NCBI GenBank assembly: GCA_905178155.1
Contig: CAJINV010000001.1
Span: 9,383,865-9,447,864 of the forward strand
Length of the DNA: 64,000 nucleotides
Direction of reading: 5' to 3'
Source of the DNA: Amoebophrya sp. A120
Lineage: Eukaryota > Protista > Dinoflagellata
In this document: piece after piece, positions 1 through 13,700 of the stretch
Layout: each line of letters opens with the position of its first letter
Position numbering within the stretch: position 1 is the first letter of the stretch
The notes under the pieces: model-generated
Databases searched by the model: none
Seen by the model: only the letters and a program-made list of their open reading frames with translations
What the model was told of the DNA's origin: nothing
Made by a program: the position numbers and the translations under genes

Positions 1-1872
1 GCGGAAACGGCAAGTGGCAACGGACCGCCCGTCACCCTGCCACTTGTGCCGCCGAACGGAGTGAATATCGGCGGTGCATCTTCGAGCACCAGCAAAATGG
101 TCTCAACCGGGCCGCCAGGAGTCAATGGCGCTGCGGGAGAACCAGGGGCCACTGGGGAAGGCGGGAACCCGAGTGATCCGAGCGGCGCTTCCGCAGACGG
201 AACAAGCAATGTGACGGGAGGTAATGCACCTTTTTCTCGATGTGGATTTTCCCTTGCGTACTCCCCTGTAGGTAACCTAACTCGTTGGACATAAGTACGG
301 TCAAACTACAAAGGATTTTTTGAGATACATATTGAACATGTGAAAAGATCCGTTGTTGGATTCTGTTCCAATTCGATTGCGAATGCAGTGATATGTGAAC
401 CGCAAACAACAATAGGTGGCATGCTCACTCGTGCATGGCGCGCGGAAGCTAAGATAGGCAATCAGGAGCTGAGTCCGGCGGAAATCGAGTTTCTCGAGGA
501 GCGAGCCAATCTAGAACTGCAGATGCGCAGAAAGCGGGATTTCGAGCGGGCCATCTTGCGTCTCCGGCACCAGATCGAAGATTTGCAGGTACTTGCCGTG
601 TAGTTTTTACTTACATCTATACTGAAAGTAAAAGTAGTTTTGCAGCTTTCGCGAGAGCAGGTCGAGACGCCGTAAAGATGTCCACACTCGAATTCTACAC
701 AACGGAAACGATGACTGCAAACACGTCGACCAGGGAACAAACCATGCAAATGAAAATTCCAGGCGCATCAAAGCATCAAGGATGTCGAGCGTGCAAAGAT
801 GGCGAGCCGGCTGGATGAGGTCGAGGCGAGCCACGAGTTCCTCCGCGGCCAAGTTGAACAGGTGGAAAACGACCTTCTGCTGATCGCCGAGTTGCACCCG
901 AATCGAGCAACCGCGCAAGTGGACCCGGTCCTGCAGGAAAGCAGCGGAAACTTCGAAGAATTCCGCTCCAAAGCCCTACAAACCGTGCGACTGGACAGGT
1001 ATGCGCGGAAGATGGATTTGTTTTTGAAAAGGATTAGGATATAGGAATTGAGAGGAGGGTATGTAGCCGTTTTGATAGTAGAGGACTAGCTGCGCCGACG
1101 CCGTACTAGCCTGAATTTTTTGTTCGAAGTTCGTTCTAGTATACTGATCCAGCTGTTGCAATCCCAATCCCTATGTATTGCAATACTGTTCGATGTTAAG
1201 ATCACTGGACTGTGATAGCCATTCCCATTACCTAAATTTCATTGATCGTACAGGGAGATGGCCAGAATAGACAACGAGAAGCTGGAGGAGCTGCGCGTGA
1301 AGCTGAAGGCCATGGACCGCGAGAAGAAAGCTCTTTCCCAGAAAAACGCCATCCTGCTCGAAAAGTTCCGCCAGATCGAACAGGATCGGAGTTTGCTCAT
1401 GGCGAGTAGCATTTATTCCAACTTTTCGCTTGTAAATGCGTTCTACTTTTTTCGTACGGTACTACAAAAGGAGGAACATAAGTATCTCCAAAAAAGATGT
1501 TGTAGTAGTTCAAGTGATCTGATGAAGTGATCTGATGCACGTGATTCTGAATTTAAACAAGAAAATCCGACCAAAACAACAGACGTCGATACCGAGCGCT
1601 CCAAACTTTTGCTACTGCGGGAAGAGCGGCTGAAGCTGCTCACCGAGCGGTGTCAGCTCAAAGCACAAGAAGCAAGGTTGGGCCAGGAACTCGCGAGTAA
1701 ACCCACGTACCTGCAGAACACGAGGCCGCAGAACGATTTGATGTCGTTCAGCTCGCTGGAAATGCCGCCATCGAAGCAATGGCAGGCTTTTGGAAGCACC
1801 GCAGAGCCAGCAAACACCGACTGGACTTCGAACTTCAACGGGCCGACAAAGTGGGAGTCGTTCAAGAACTGA
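1..1872 (+). CDS. Coiled-coil protein of unknown function, 5' end outside window (GT-AG introns ~221-415, 589-762, ~999-1253; last intron boundaries uncertain)
   Basis: ORF pieces 46-294, 340-603, 799-1044, 1258-1530 and 1609-1872 join across AT-richer introns; heptad-rich segments (LEELRVKLKAMDREKKAL); TGA at 1870-1872. Confidence 0.65.
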
Positions 1873-2708
1873 GAAAAGTACATTATGCCGTATGCGCCGA
1901 GGACCCGAAAGACTTATAGTGAAGAGGAACTGGTGGGATGGCGCAGTCCCATGGCTTTTAGAACTTCAGATAGAACATCAGAAGAGCCGCAATCCTTGCT
2001 CTTACTGTTGCTGGCTGCTAAAATAAATCGCAGAACGAAGAGAGCTTTGTTTACGCAACCGCTCTTGCACGGAACCCTTGTAATCGTAACGCGAAGACAT
2101 AAAACAATGCAAAAACGTTGCAGATGAAAGAGAGCGCCTGCTCGGTGCTGTGTTGCAGCGACCTCCTTTTTTGACCTCAGTCGGGAAGCGAAGCGGTCTT
2201 GCGAGTAGTGGTCGCTTCTGAAGACGATACCTTGCTTCACGATTCTGCCGTGTGTTTCTTCCTTCCGTCGGTTTTTATGCACTGCATGGCAGCCCGCGTA
2301 AAAGCCGCCACCCGCTTGGTGAGCCGAGTCGCAGACCATGATTAAATGTCGTGGCCACTCTGACCGAATGGGAGGCGGCGACGCACTGACTTGGAGAGTT
2401 GAAAAAATTGCAGCCCTGCAATTTCCGCGATTATTGTGGCGGTGCCGTCACGTGTTTTCCCTTTGTGAGGAGCTCCACTTGCTGCAGTGGCTGTTTCATT
2501 TTTGCGAAGCCGTAGGCGAGTAGTCGATCGGTCCGGCATGATCGATTCATGCGTTCCAGTAGATTCCTTGATATTTATTCTGTATAGCGAACATATGATA
2601 TGGAGCCCTGGTAGTCTTCCAAGTCTTGGTGTTGTCCAGGTTGTGCAATATCTAAAATCAAAAACGTTAAGTCTAACTGTAGTTACTCCAGCACCTCCAG
2701 CAAAGAAC

Positions 2709-5700
2709 ATGGCGTCCGCGCAAGGCCTCCTCCCCACCGATGACGGGTTTGAGTTTTCACGTCCGGAAGTTCTACGGAAACCCCATCTGATTACCGTCGA
2801 TGTCTGCATCTGGACCGTGTTGATTCTCTGTTGGCCGGATGCGGGATACTACTCTTCCGAAGCTGCAGAGCCAATAATATTCGGCGTGTTAAGCCTCTGG
2901 GGTGCATTGTCGATTCTCTTTGTGGCTGTCCCTCTGGTTTATTTCCGAGCAAACCATCTAGCGCCGTGTCTCGTCGCGCTCGGCAAGAATTGCTGCTGCC
3001 GCCGCTGGGGAAGCCGCACACTTCGTGCGCGCCCATGGATCGATGCGGACTCGCAGCGGGATGCCGCCGTGGCACGTAAGTGTTGTACAACTTGCTTCCT
3101 CGTTTAGAAGTGCTAAAATGGATGTCACGGTCATCTAAGCTTGCTAAAACAAAAACAAAGCGGCTCGTGGAAGCAAGCCACAATTGAAGCATGCAGTAGT
3201 CATGAGCCCTCATCTGCTATGCTTGTCAGTGACACGCAACCTATCACGCTCCTTTACCTTTATTAGGTTTCTTCATCGACCCCTCGGGATCGCACTCTCC
3301 CGCCCTGGACGAAGACGACCGCAAGTTGCCCATTTCAGTGCGGTATGAAATGCAAAAATGTCTGGGTCTGGAAGAATGCAAGATTTGTGATGCAGGTTTT
3401 CCATGACCCATGAGGTCTGGAATGCGAGACCCAGCATGACAAATTCTTTGAGGTCTCTATCATGCCTTTCCTGCATGAGAAACTCCCTCTCAACTTGGTC
3501 AAAAGCGGACAGCTTTTGGCACTCACGCAACACAGATTTTTGCATCATTTAGATTTAGCATGACAAGTTCAAATCTTCCAGACCCAGACATTTTTGCATC
3601 TGATATGCGGCGGATACCGCTGAACGATACGGACTCTCTGTACATCGTCGGCACCATGCACATCAGCGCGGCCAGTGCCCGCGACGCCTGGTTGACGTGT
3701 GTGCGGAAGCGCCCGCGCCTCGTGATGATTGAGTTGGACACCCAGAGGCTCCGCGACCTGCGTCGGGAGGAGCGGCGAATTGAGGCTACTTTTGTGTTCT
3801 CAGGCCGCGGCGGTGCGCGAGGGTCGCCTTCGGAAAAGAAAACTGCAGGAACGGGCGGACGCCACGACAAGTTGCAACTCGAGCAAATGATGTCACAGGA
3901 AATGAGCGAGAGTGGCACAACAAAAGCCACAGGTCTTTCCTTTCAGGAGGATGTGGCCAGCGTAGTGACTGTATCAACTACAAGTACAACCACGTCGGGC
4001 CATGGTGCAATAAATGCACCGCTTGCAGCTTCATCGATCTCTGCTCGGACTCCAGAGCCTGGTGGCGGCGACGCAGACGATGACGCTAGTGACGACGAGG
4101 GACTCGTGCTTGGCGACGGCGCCATCGATAGTCCTACCATCAACGCGGCAAACACCCTAAGTGACCCAAGTGTCGTGTTATTGAACAGCAGACCCGAATC
4201 ATCTTCATCTTCTCTGCCAACCGACGCCACAGCCGCTTCGTCTTCGCTGGATCATCTCGAGACTGCAAGCGTTTGCTCGCAGCGGTCCTACGAGTCGTTT
4301 TCCGCCACGAACAGCGACGACTCAGACACTTCGATCGATCGGAAGCTGAAGACTTTCAGTCGCCAGGAACGCCTGAACGGCCGGGGGGTGCACTCCGCGT
4401 GGAACTTCTACTCGCCGAAGTTGCAGACCTCTACGGTGCTACCTTTGATCCGCGACGTGCACCACCCGGAGGGGTCGCTCGAGTCCGGCCTGAACTGCGC
4501 AAACTGTGCGCTCGTTCTGCAGCGGTCCCGGCAAGTGAGTTTTCTGCAGCAAGCCTTCATCGCGGAGCAGCTGCAGGCCCGGATGCTGTTGGTGACGGAT
4601 TTTCCTGAGTGCGACGGCACGATTGGGTCCAGCACCGCCGGTTTGATGCACATCGGCGGGGTGTTGGAGCGGTGGCGGGCCTATCGCCGGTTCGGCACGC
4701 TGCGGATGCCACGAATACCCGCCTTTCTGTTTCAAAATAGACAAGATCCATCTTCTCCAGCAGCACATGGTGTTCAAGGAGGTGCAGCGCAGGCAAAACA
4801 AACGATAGACAGTAGACCACGCCGAGCGCAAGGTGGATCAGCATCCTCTTTTTTCCCGTTAAGCAATAAAGTGCAGGATAGAGCGGGGGAAGTTGTTCCA
4901 AGTCGGGCTGATTCTGCAACGCCAGGAGCGGCTCCAGCAAGGGCACCAGAACAAGCACAGCAGTCGTATGCACACGTGTACCAGGGGCTGTGCGAGGGAC
5001 GTTTTGCAACTGTGCGCCTCGCGAAGGCCTACAGTCCGGAGCGCCTGCCGCACGCGTTGGAGTTTCGGCAGACGTGCTGTCGAGCGTGTGTGCTTCTGTC
5101 CTCCGGGATCGGTGTACTCTACGGCGTGATGCAGTGGGCGGGGGTGCTGGCGGGCGCAGAGTTCCTTGCTGCGGACGAGTATTGTCGGATGTGCAAATTT
5201 TCGCCGACCTGTGTCGACGTAAACGACCACTCCTTGGGGAAAGCGTTGCTGCACCATGCCAAGCCCACGCCGAGGCACTTGTTCTACAACTTTCTCATGT
5301 GGCTTTCGCTGCCGCGGTTCTTCTGGCGCAGCTTCGTCTACTCCGACCAGCGCCGGCCCGACGTCATTGGGATTTCCTTTCGGGCGCTAGCTTTCCTGCC
5401 GGCGAAGACCTGCCTGGCGTTTCTGGTGCAAGAACACATGATCGTTGAATATTTATAGTTTTTAAGCTGGATTTACCTTTCGTCTCGTACCACCAGGGCT
5501 CCGGCCGGAGTCAACGTGGTGCTACTTAGTGAGCTCAGGCTTCTTGCGGTTCAACACAGGACTTGCTCTAGTCTCTTCCTTCGAAATGGAAAACGAAAAA
5601 TAAAATCATTCAGGTTGCCACCATTTCTGCGAGCGTCATTTTGTCCTGCGTGATTCTACTGCCAATTTTTCTTCTCGTCGCACTCGTTCATTGGCTTATT

Positions 5701-6447
5701 CGGCTTCTGAAGCGATCGCGCGCGCTGCTTTGTGTACACGCGGCAGCCAACGGCCAGAGCGTTCTCCACGAAGGTCGGTCCCTGATCAGCCGAGCGACAC
5801 CAGCCACGTCTCAGCGCAGATTTGGAGTTGCATCAACATCATCTCCAGTTTCAGAATCAGCAATCGTAACTGCTGCAGCTGCTGCGCAACAAGTAGAGGA
5901 AAATAGACTCGGCTACCCGCAGGACAAGCAAATAACGCAATCGGTCAGGATAGTTGCCGCTCCAGCAACCCCATTGAGCAGCGATTCTACAATAAGTACG
6001 CCAGCACCTACTTCTGCGCAAGAAACTTCTATCTCTTTGTCAAATTTTGCAACGAGCTATTTTGGTCAGCCGGTCGTCTGGAGCAAGTCTTGGCAGCTGG
6101 GTTCCTTGGAAGAAGTGCTGTCGTGTGCACGAGGACCATCGGACAGAGCAGGGGACAGCACGGAGCTCCTGGTCCGCCATCAAAGGGAAAGTCAGAACCT
6201 CAGAGACGATGATAACGCCGACACAACTTTGTCCCTAGTCACGGAGTTCATCCTCTTTCTCCTCCTGCTCAACCTGCTACCGGTCATTCAACGGGGGCTT
6301 CTCATGGATCGCGACGAGGCGATGTTTCTCGAGGTGCGGAAGCATCTGCAGACCAACAAGGGACGAGGAAACAGCGTCCTAGTCATCGGCGCAGCACACA
6401 TGCCCGGCCTAATGGAGCGGATGCGACTCCGCGGCATCGACGAGTGA
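2709..6447 (+). CDS. TraB/PrgY/GumN-family membrane protein with an inserted PA-like domain; exons 2709-3075, 3267-3343, 3611-5425, 5614-6447
   Basis: TraB motifs YIVGTMHIS, VMIELD..RL, GAEF.AA, DRDEAM and VLVIGAAHMPGL; exon phases match; removing 3344-3610 gives ISVR|RIPLND. Confidence 0.75.
3344..3605. mobile_element. Introner/MITE family A copy 1 (262 bp), TSD TGCGG
   Basis: TIRs TATGAAATGCAAAAATGTCTGGGTCTGGAAGA / TCTTCCAGACCCAGACATTTTTGCATCTGATA; TGCGG at 3339-3343 and 3606-3610. Confidence 0.93.
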
Positions 6448-7328
6448 GCAGCACGGAGACGGAAAATTACTTAATTGCCTGCAGCACAGCAGTCTATTGA
6501 TGTCCCTGGTGTCCTCGGTGTTCTTGTTTGTGCCATGCCATGCTTGCTGGTGGTGTCACTGTCAGGAGCCTCGACGACGACCATGTAGCTTTCCGACGTG
6601 TCATATAAAAGGCTTCGGCTTATTAATTGGCCAGCACTACCTCCTCGTCCACGTGCACAGATCAAGACGACCGCATGGCCGCACTTCCGTTTCGAACTCC
6701 GTTTTCTGCGTTTCCTCACACAATGAAAGAAATCAGATAATCAAGCACTGCAGCATGATATTCTTCTAATCCTCATCCTCTTCTTTCCCCCATAACGACG
6801 AAACCCTAGATTAGACTTATTGCCTATTCGCGAGTGTGGAAAAATACATGCCTGAGACAAAAATAATGAAACCGGAAAGCAATTGCAACACGAGTGACTT
6901 GCAGGTCGCGCATTTTGTCTGGCGTATATTTGGTTCACCACAAAACTGCGACACTGCGCGATGCGCTCACGACGGCCGCCGCCGAATTCATTGAGTCCTT
7001 GTTCCGGCACGTGCTTTCTCTTTCTTCATTAGGCTGTCGCGGAAATCACTCTCGATTTTTCTGCGCAAAGTCTTTTACTTCTTGTCAGCCATATACGAAG
7101 CCGCACTTGATGTATAATCACGCTTAGAGACGAGAGGGAGAGCGAGCATGTAGAGGCTGTAAAGGTTGTTAAAGCCGGTGTGGTACGGGTCGTGTGTTTT
7201 TCATTTATTGCGAGGAGAGTTTTCGCATTCATGCGGCTGAAGGATGTGCACGCTGCAAGTTTTCGTCTACTGCACGAAAACAGTAGTGCGTTTAGCAGAT
7301 GGAGGTCGCGCGTGCGCTGTGACAGATC

Positions 7329-9671
7329 ATGGGTCAGTCGCAGTCGCAAACGCGGCCAGGAAACGATGCTGCTACTTCTCGTGTCTGCCAACAAGCACCT
7401 GCACCGTACTCAACGTCTCAGCTGGCTAATGCTTCTACGAGCAGGACGTCACAAGGCTCGAACTTCCAGTATGGCATCCAGTCCATCCCCTCCCTGCGTC
7501 GAGGGGAGCAGCCCCTGCTTGAAGTGAAGAGCCGCAAACCTGCAACGCCGGTTTCGCCACACCTCTCTCCCACCGGTGGCGGAGCATCTTCACCAAGCAC
7601 CAAACTCGTGCCCTTGCGTTGGGACCCGGAATATCAAACGCAAAAATGTCTGGGTCTGGAAGAATGCAAGATTTGTCATGCATATTTCTCATGACCCATG
7701 ATGCCTGTAATGCTTGACCTAGCATCGCAGACTTTTAGAGGGCTTCCTGATGTACCTTCCGCATGAGAAATGCCCTGTCCGTGTAGCAAAAACTGCACCC
7801 CTCTTGCTGGTCATGCAATACAAGTTTTTTTAGAGTCCGAAAACAGCATGACAAGTTGCAATCTTCCAGACCCAGACACTTTTACAATCCATACGGAATG
7901 CACGTTGAGTCAGTTTGAGCGGGTACTCGGTGGCAGCAGTGGCGTCCCATCGGAGGGTAGCACCTCCCTGGGACTGAGCAACAAGCGGGTGCGGAAGAGC
8001 ATCGATACCCCGACGAACTTCCACCCGCGCTTCGAGGGAAACGCCGGCGCGGAGTACATCGAACCACCGACCTATCGTACGAAAAAAGTGTTTCAGTGTA
8101 AGGATTTTGCAAGTTTTGCATCACAAGTTTGTTCTACATCACAGAGAAAATTTGCAATGCAAGATTCCCAAGGGAAAACACAGCTAAAAATCTAGTGTCT
8201 TGCATGTGTAGCAAGACAAACACTTCTCAGATGCCGTTTCTGCATTACAAGTTTACATTGAAACAGTTTTTTCTTGCGATACGACCCGGGCGCGGTTCTT
8301 GAAAAGCCAGATGGGAAACTATTACAGTGAAAAGTACCCCCCACCCCTGAAATTGCAAAAATTTGTGATGCGAAGTTTCCAAATGAAAACTTTTTGTCAT
8401 GCATGAAAGCAGTATGAAGCTTTCTGATGCAGAGTCTAGGCATGTATCGCATCGCTTGCATGACAAGCGCCCCTCTAACTGGGATCTTTTGCAATACAAA
8501 TTTTTGCTATTCGCGATTGGAAACCTGTAATGCTGATAGATGCAAGAGAGCGAATGTTTCATTTGGAAAGGTTTGCAATACAAGTGCGCCCAAGTTCGGG
8601 GGTGGGGGCATTTTTCATGGTAATACAACCGAGGCGTTTTTTCGCCAACTGCCACGGTTCGATCGGCAGATTGCGACCCTGAAGCAGCAGCGGGCGGAAT
8701 CCCAACCGCCCTTCGACAACAACAGTGTGCTGGAAATGCCAGACACCCTGGACGAAGCTGCAGTCCAGGGAAAAAAAGAGGAGGACGACGCCGATCAAGT
8801 CTACGCAGAACTAATGGAGGCCGCTTCGGCAGATGAAAGTATTTCGGGTGAAGATGACAGAGAAGCAGAAGCAGCAGAGCTGGGCGATGCAGTTGTGGAT
8901 TTTTGCAGTTCTCAAGGTGTTAACTTTTCACCCGAGAGGACGGGAGCCGCTCCTTTTCTGTTCGCACCGGAGCAGATGTTGAAAATTTCTACCAGTGGTG
9001 GAAACAGCAACCACATGTCTATGGTGCAAGATGTCGCCGACATCGAGATCGATTTCATGCCGAAGGATCCGCCGCCGAGAGTGTCAGAAGATGGTGTGTG
9101 CGACAGAGCCTGGGTTCCGATGGACCACCCACCTTTGGAGCAACAGGGGGTCGAAGTAGAGAATAAACACCAGCAGGACCACAACATCCCTCAACATCGT
9201 TCCAGCGAACACGACCACTTCGATCAGCAGTGTTTGCAATATCACCCACGGAGGATGCGGATCCCGGAGCATGAGCGCGCGGCCTTAGTCCGCCAGTTGC
9301 AGTATGAGGAGCTGCAGCAGGAGCTTCCCCTACCGCTTGCAAGCAGCGTTGGTGCTACAATAGGACATCGAGGAAACGAAACACGGGAGTTCCGCGTTGT
9401 CGACGACGCGTCAGGAAGAAGCTTGTTCCAGAAGCAGCAAAACGGCAGGGAGGGAAAAAGACGCGAAGTAGACAGTTTCGGGTTACCCGCACTGCCGCGT
9501 TTTTCTGACGGACGGGGCGGACAGCTCGACCTGAAGCGGAAATCCAGCGGGGGAAATGACAACATGAACATGGTTGACTCTGCACCTTCCGGTGAGTTTC
9601 TTTTGTCCAACGATGCGAAAAGACAAAGAACATCTACCTCCTCGGCTGCATTCAGCCCTAGATGCAATTGA
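7329..9671 (+). CDS. Unknown protein with MGQSQS N-terminus (possible myristoylation), interrupted by three introners; exons 7329-7631, 7899-8072, 8287-8319, 8631-9671
   Basis: Each exon is a whole number of codons after removing element plus 5 nt: WDPE|CTLSQ, EPPT|RARF, QMGN|EAFF. Confidence 0.7.
7632..7893. mobile_element. Introner family A copy 2 (262 bp), TSD CGGAA
   Basis: Same TIR core and length as 3344-3605; CGGAA at 7627-7631 and 7894-7898. Confidence 0.93.
8073..8281. mobile_element. Introner family C (209 bp), TSD CGACC
   Basis: Imperfect TIRs TATCGTACGAAAAAAGTGTTTCAGTGTAA / TTACATTGAAACAGTTTTTTCTTGCGATA; CGACC at 8068-8072 and 8282-8286. Confidence 0.88.
8320..8625. mobile_element. 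Introner family D subfamily 1 (306 bp), degenerate TSD GAAAC/CAACC
   Basis: TIRs TATTACAGTGAAAAGTACCCCCCACCCC / GGGGTGGGGGCATTTTTCATGGTAATA; reverse-complement homologue of 58114-58421. Confidence 0.88.
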
Positions 9672-10715
9672 AACGGAAATGGAACAGAGATAAAGAAGTG
9701 GCGCGAAAAAAATCTAACGAATTTCGAAGAACAAAGAAACAGTCTGCAAGAGTCGCCACTTTATTTTGTTATTTTATGTATGAAGAAGAAGATTCGCTCG
9801 TGTCGAGATTGAGATCGCTGCACTTATGTATGCTGCAATAGAAAATTATGATTTGCCTTTCACGTTCTCGATATGTAGCCTGAGGGAAAGTTTGCGTCTG
9901 TGCTGAGTGAGGTTACTTGCTGGAAAAATTAGTTAGGATTGTGGTCGCATCTTGAGATTCGAGAAAGCGGCAAATGGAAAGAGTCGAGTGTGAGCCTTAG
10001 TGAATGCAGCAAGAGGGCCTGAGTGTGCGTAAAGAGGTCGCCGGAGAATAGAGCGCGTGGTGTCTTGAGCGATGATGGATCGACATGTTCATCTTGTTCT
10101 TTTGCGTATCCTTTGCAGGGTCTTGAAGTTTCCTCCTTTACTAAACCAAATTGGCTTTGTTTGTACCAAAAAAGTGCTACGGGACACCAACTGTTTCACT
10201 GTATGATGAAATTCAAATGAAACTATAACCAACAAAGAAATGTAAACGCCCGTGACGGGTCCTCTGCCCCGCGCACCACCCCCTCAGGACGTGCAGAGAA
10301 ATCTGCCGGGCGGTGATTGATTCCGAGAAGCCCCACACAAGCCAAACGAAACCGATCGGGGAACAGAATGTTGTTTTTTTGCAACTTTCTGGCAAGCTTG
10401 AACTGAAGAACCTTTTCTTCGAACATGACGCTGATAGCTCGAACCGGCACTGGGTGAGTGCCAGTACGCGTCGCCGTCGCACCTAACTAAGATTTGCTGC
10501 ATAGGAAACGGAGTGAGAAGGCACTAGGCAACTGCCTACTACCGACAACCGCTGCGTTTCCCGCTGACCTTGGGGATCATTTTTCTCATCGCGCAACGGC
10601 AACAGAGCTGTGCGAGTGCGTGTAACATCAGCGTGGTCAAGCGTTCTTACACCTAGGTCGTCAGAAGTTCTTGTGCCAGCAGCTCCACCCTACTCGGGGA
10701 GCCAGCCGCGCAGCC

Positions 10716-13700
10716 ATGTCAGGCTTCGCGGACGTGCTGGAGCGCGACGATGACGCGCGGAAGGACATGATGGCGGAATTCAACCCCGGTAAGTACCGGG
10801 GGCTGATCAAGCACATTGGCATGATCAAGGACAACATCAGTGCGGACAAGGCCTTGTACGAGAAAAACGAGGAGAAGCTGAAACAGCAAATTGAAAAGCA
10901 GGAAACCGTCGCCAAGGTGGTCCAGAAGCAGCTCTCGACCCAGATCGAGATCACCAATCGCGGGTACGCTTCCCTCCTGCAGCAAATGCAGGGGAAAACT
11001 GAGGAGTGCAAAAACCTGGAAGAAAAAGTACGCCTTCTCACCTCGGAAATGGACCTGAAAGTCAGGGAAGCCGCCGTGGAACTGAAAAAACACATGGTAA
11101 TTAAGGACAGAGATACTCACATACATGGTCCTGTTTTCTGGTTGTTGTGGTCTTTTTTCCATGAAGCACATGACACTGCAAGCTCCTTGAACAGGTGCTG
11201 GATCATCGAGGTAGGTTGGTCCTTGATTCGCAAGAACTTCTACACGCAGAAGGAACCGAAGTATCAATTTAGAGGTGCCCATCGTGCCTACATCAAAACA
11301 TAACAAATCAGGTCGACAGCAAGCAGAAGATCACCGAGAAGGAGCTGGACATTAGGAATCTGCAACGCAGCGTGGAAGACTTGAAGCGCGCCATGAAGGT
11401 GACGGAACAGGAGTACGAGAAGCGCATCAAGGACGTGGAATTCGTCGTGGAAAAGAAGGAGGAGGGGCTGCAGAAGCTGATCGAGGAAAACACCGACCTG
11501 GACGCGCTGGTGGCCTCCGAGCGGGCGCGAATCACCGGCATCCAGGATGACGCGGACAAGCGCGTCTTGGAGTTTGAGGAGCGAACCAAGGTCGTGCAGT
11601 TTTCCTACAAGGAAAAGTGCGAGGAGGTGGAGAGACTGGAGAAAATCATCAAGGAGCGCGACGAGGAAATCAAGGGGATCCTGATATGCAGTGCAAAAGC
11701 ATCGTACTAGTATAAATTGCATATTTGTAATGCGGATTTCCTTTAGGGAAAAGATTTGTAATGCATAAAGGCAATTAGTACGAGTACGATACTTTTGCAC
11801 AGCATACCTGAACCGCGACGTCGATTTCGACCCCGAAAAGGACAAAAATGAAGCGCTGGCGAAGCAGAAGCAGGAGTTTGACGACCTGCTGGAGCACAAG
11901 GAAACCGGGTACCGACAGCTGATCAAGGACTTCTCGACCATGGAACAGAAGAAGACCGAGGAGCTGGAGCTGATCAAGGAAACGACGACGAAAATACGGA
12001 AGCAGCTGGAGGAGGAGATGAAGCTGACCCGGCTGGAACTGATCACCAAACAGACGCTGCTCGAGGAAAAGATAAAGGAAGGCGCGGAGGAGCGGGAATA
12101 CTGGCTCGAGAAGTACGAGAAGCTGGAAAAGATGGAGCAGGAAAACCGCGAGGGCTTCAAGCAAAAGATACGCGCCCTGGAGGAGGAGAGGGACATCGCC
12201 GTGGACGCCATGAGCAAACTCAAGGAAATCACGGACAGCGTGCAGCAGCGCGAGGCCGCTCGGAAAGAAGAAAAGTCCGGAGAAGTCGCGGCGCTCACGC
12301 ACAAAATTAGGCGGCTAGAGCAGCTGATCAAGGACGCGAACATCCAGACCGAGGAGGCTATGGGGTTCTCAAGCGTTACATTCGCAACTGTTACATGATT
12401 TGTCATGCAAAAAGACTATCACTCGGACTCTTTCCACGACCAAGGCTTCTTCGCATGACAACTTCTCGACGCGCTAAATAGCACTAGAATCCGTCCCTCC
12501 AAGTCTGTAATTAAATGTACTCGGAACAGCTTACATCTCACAAGTAGAAGTGCATTTTTGTGCACTGTTTGTGCACGTTGTGAGTATTTTCAGGTCTTCT
12601 CGAAAAAAACTGTAATGCAGAAGGCGCAAGCTTCCTCCTTTCACTTTTGGCATTCTTGCAAGACAAATTCATGTAACAGCTGAGAATGTAACGCTTAAGA
12701 GCTCCATAGAGGCGATCAAAAAGAAAGATTTGGAGATGCAAGTCTACATGGGACAAATCGCAAAACTCCAAGAGCAGATAACCGCCTGCAAGAAAAGGTA
12801 CTGATGTGCTGGTGTTTGGATTTCTTTTTCACAACAAAGATCAATTTCTATTTCATTGCTGTAGTTTCAAAGAACTCGACGCTTCTTGCCTCGACTGCTA
12901 TCTTCTGCTGGAGTGGAGCATCATTTATCGATCTTGGGCTTTACTTTTATGCATTTTCTCATCTCTAACCTCTACTTGACCAGGGAGCGCGACGTGGACT
13001 TCCTCTGGGAGGAGCGAATGCGCGAGAAGGAGATCGGGCACGAGCGGATTCTGCGTGAGCTGGAGGAATTGAAGGAGGAGTTTGTGTTTGCTGAAGAGAA
13101 GGTGGAAGCCGCCCGGCTGAAGCAGGAAGCCGCACAGAAGAAGGTCCGCCTGATTGAGGCCCAGTATGAGATCGTCATTAAGGAAAAGGACAAGGAGATC
13201 GCCAGCCTGAAAGTAGTGATCGAAGAGCTGAAGGAGGAGGTGCAGCGGGAGATCAAGAAGCAGTACGAAATCGAGGAGCTGTGGATGAAAAAGCTGAAGG
13301 AAGCGGAGGAACGCGAGCGACAGGCGTTGGAAGTGAAAGACGAGCAGATCGCGGAGTTGAAAGCTTTGCAGAAAAAGCTCGAAAAGACGATCCAGAACCG
13401 CATATCCGAAATCAACGAATTGCGCGAAGAGCTGGACGATCTGGGGCGGGAGATGGAAGAGGAAATCCAAACCCGCGACCGCATCATCGAGGGCTTGCGC
13501 GGCGAAATCACGTCACTGAAAGAAATGTACGAAGAAATGATAGCAGAACTGAGGGCACAGTACGACAAGCTGAAGAAGACCTACGATTTGGAGGTGAAAT
13601 TTGTTTTGACATGCTAGTATGCGCTGAAGCTGATTTGCTTGTTTGATTTTCCATGGCTTCAAGATATTCGACTTTTGTGTGAAACTAAAATCAAAGTGGT

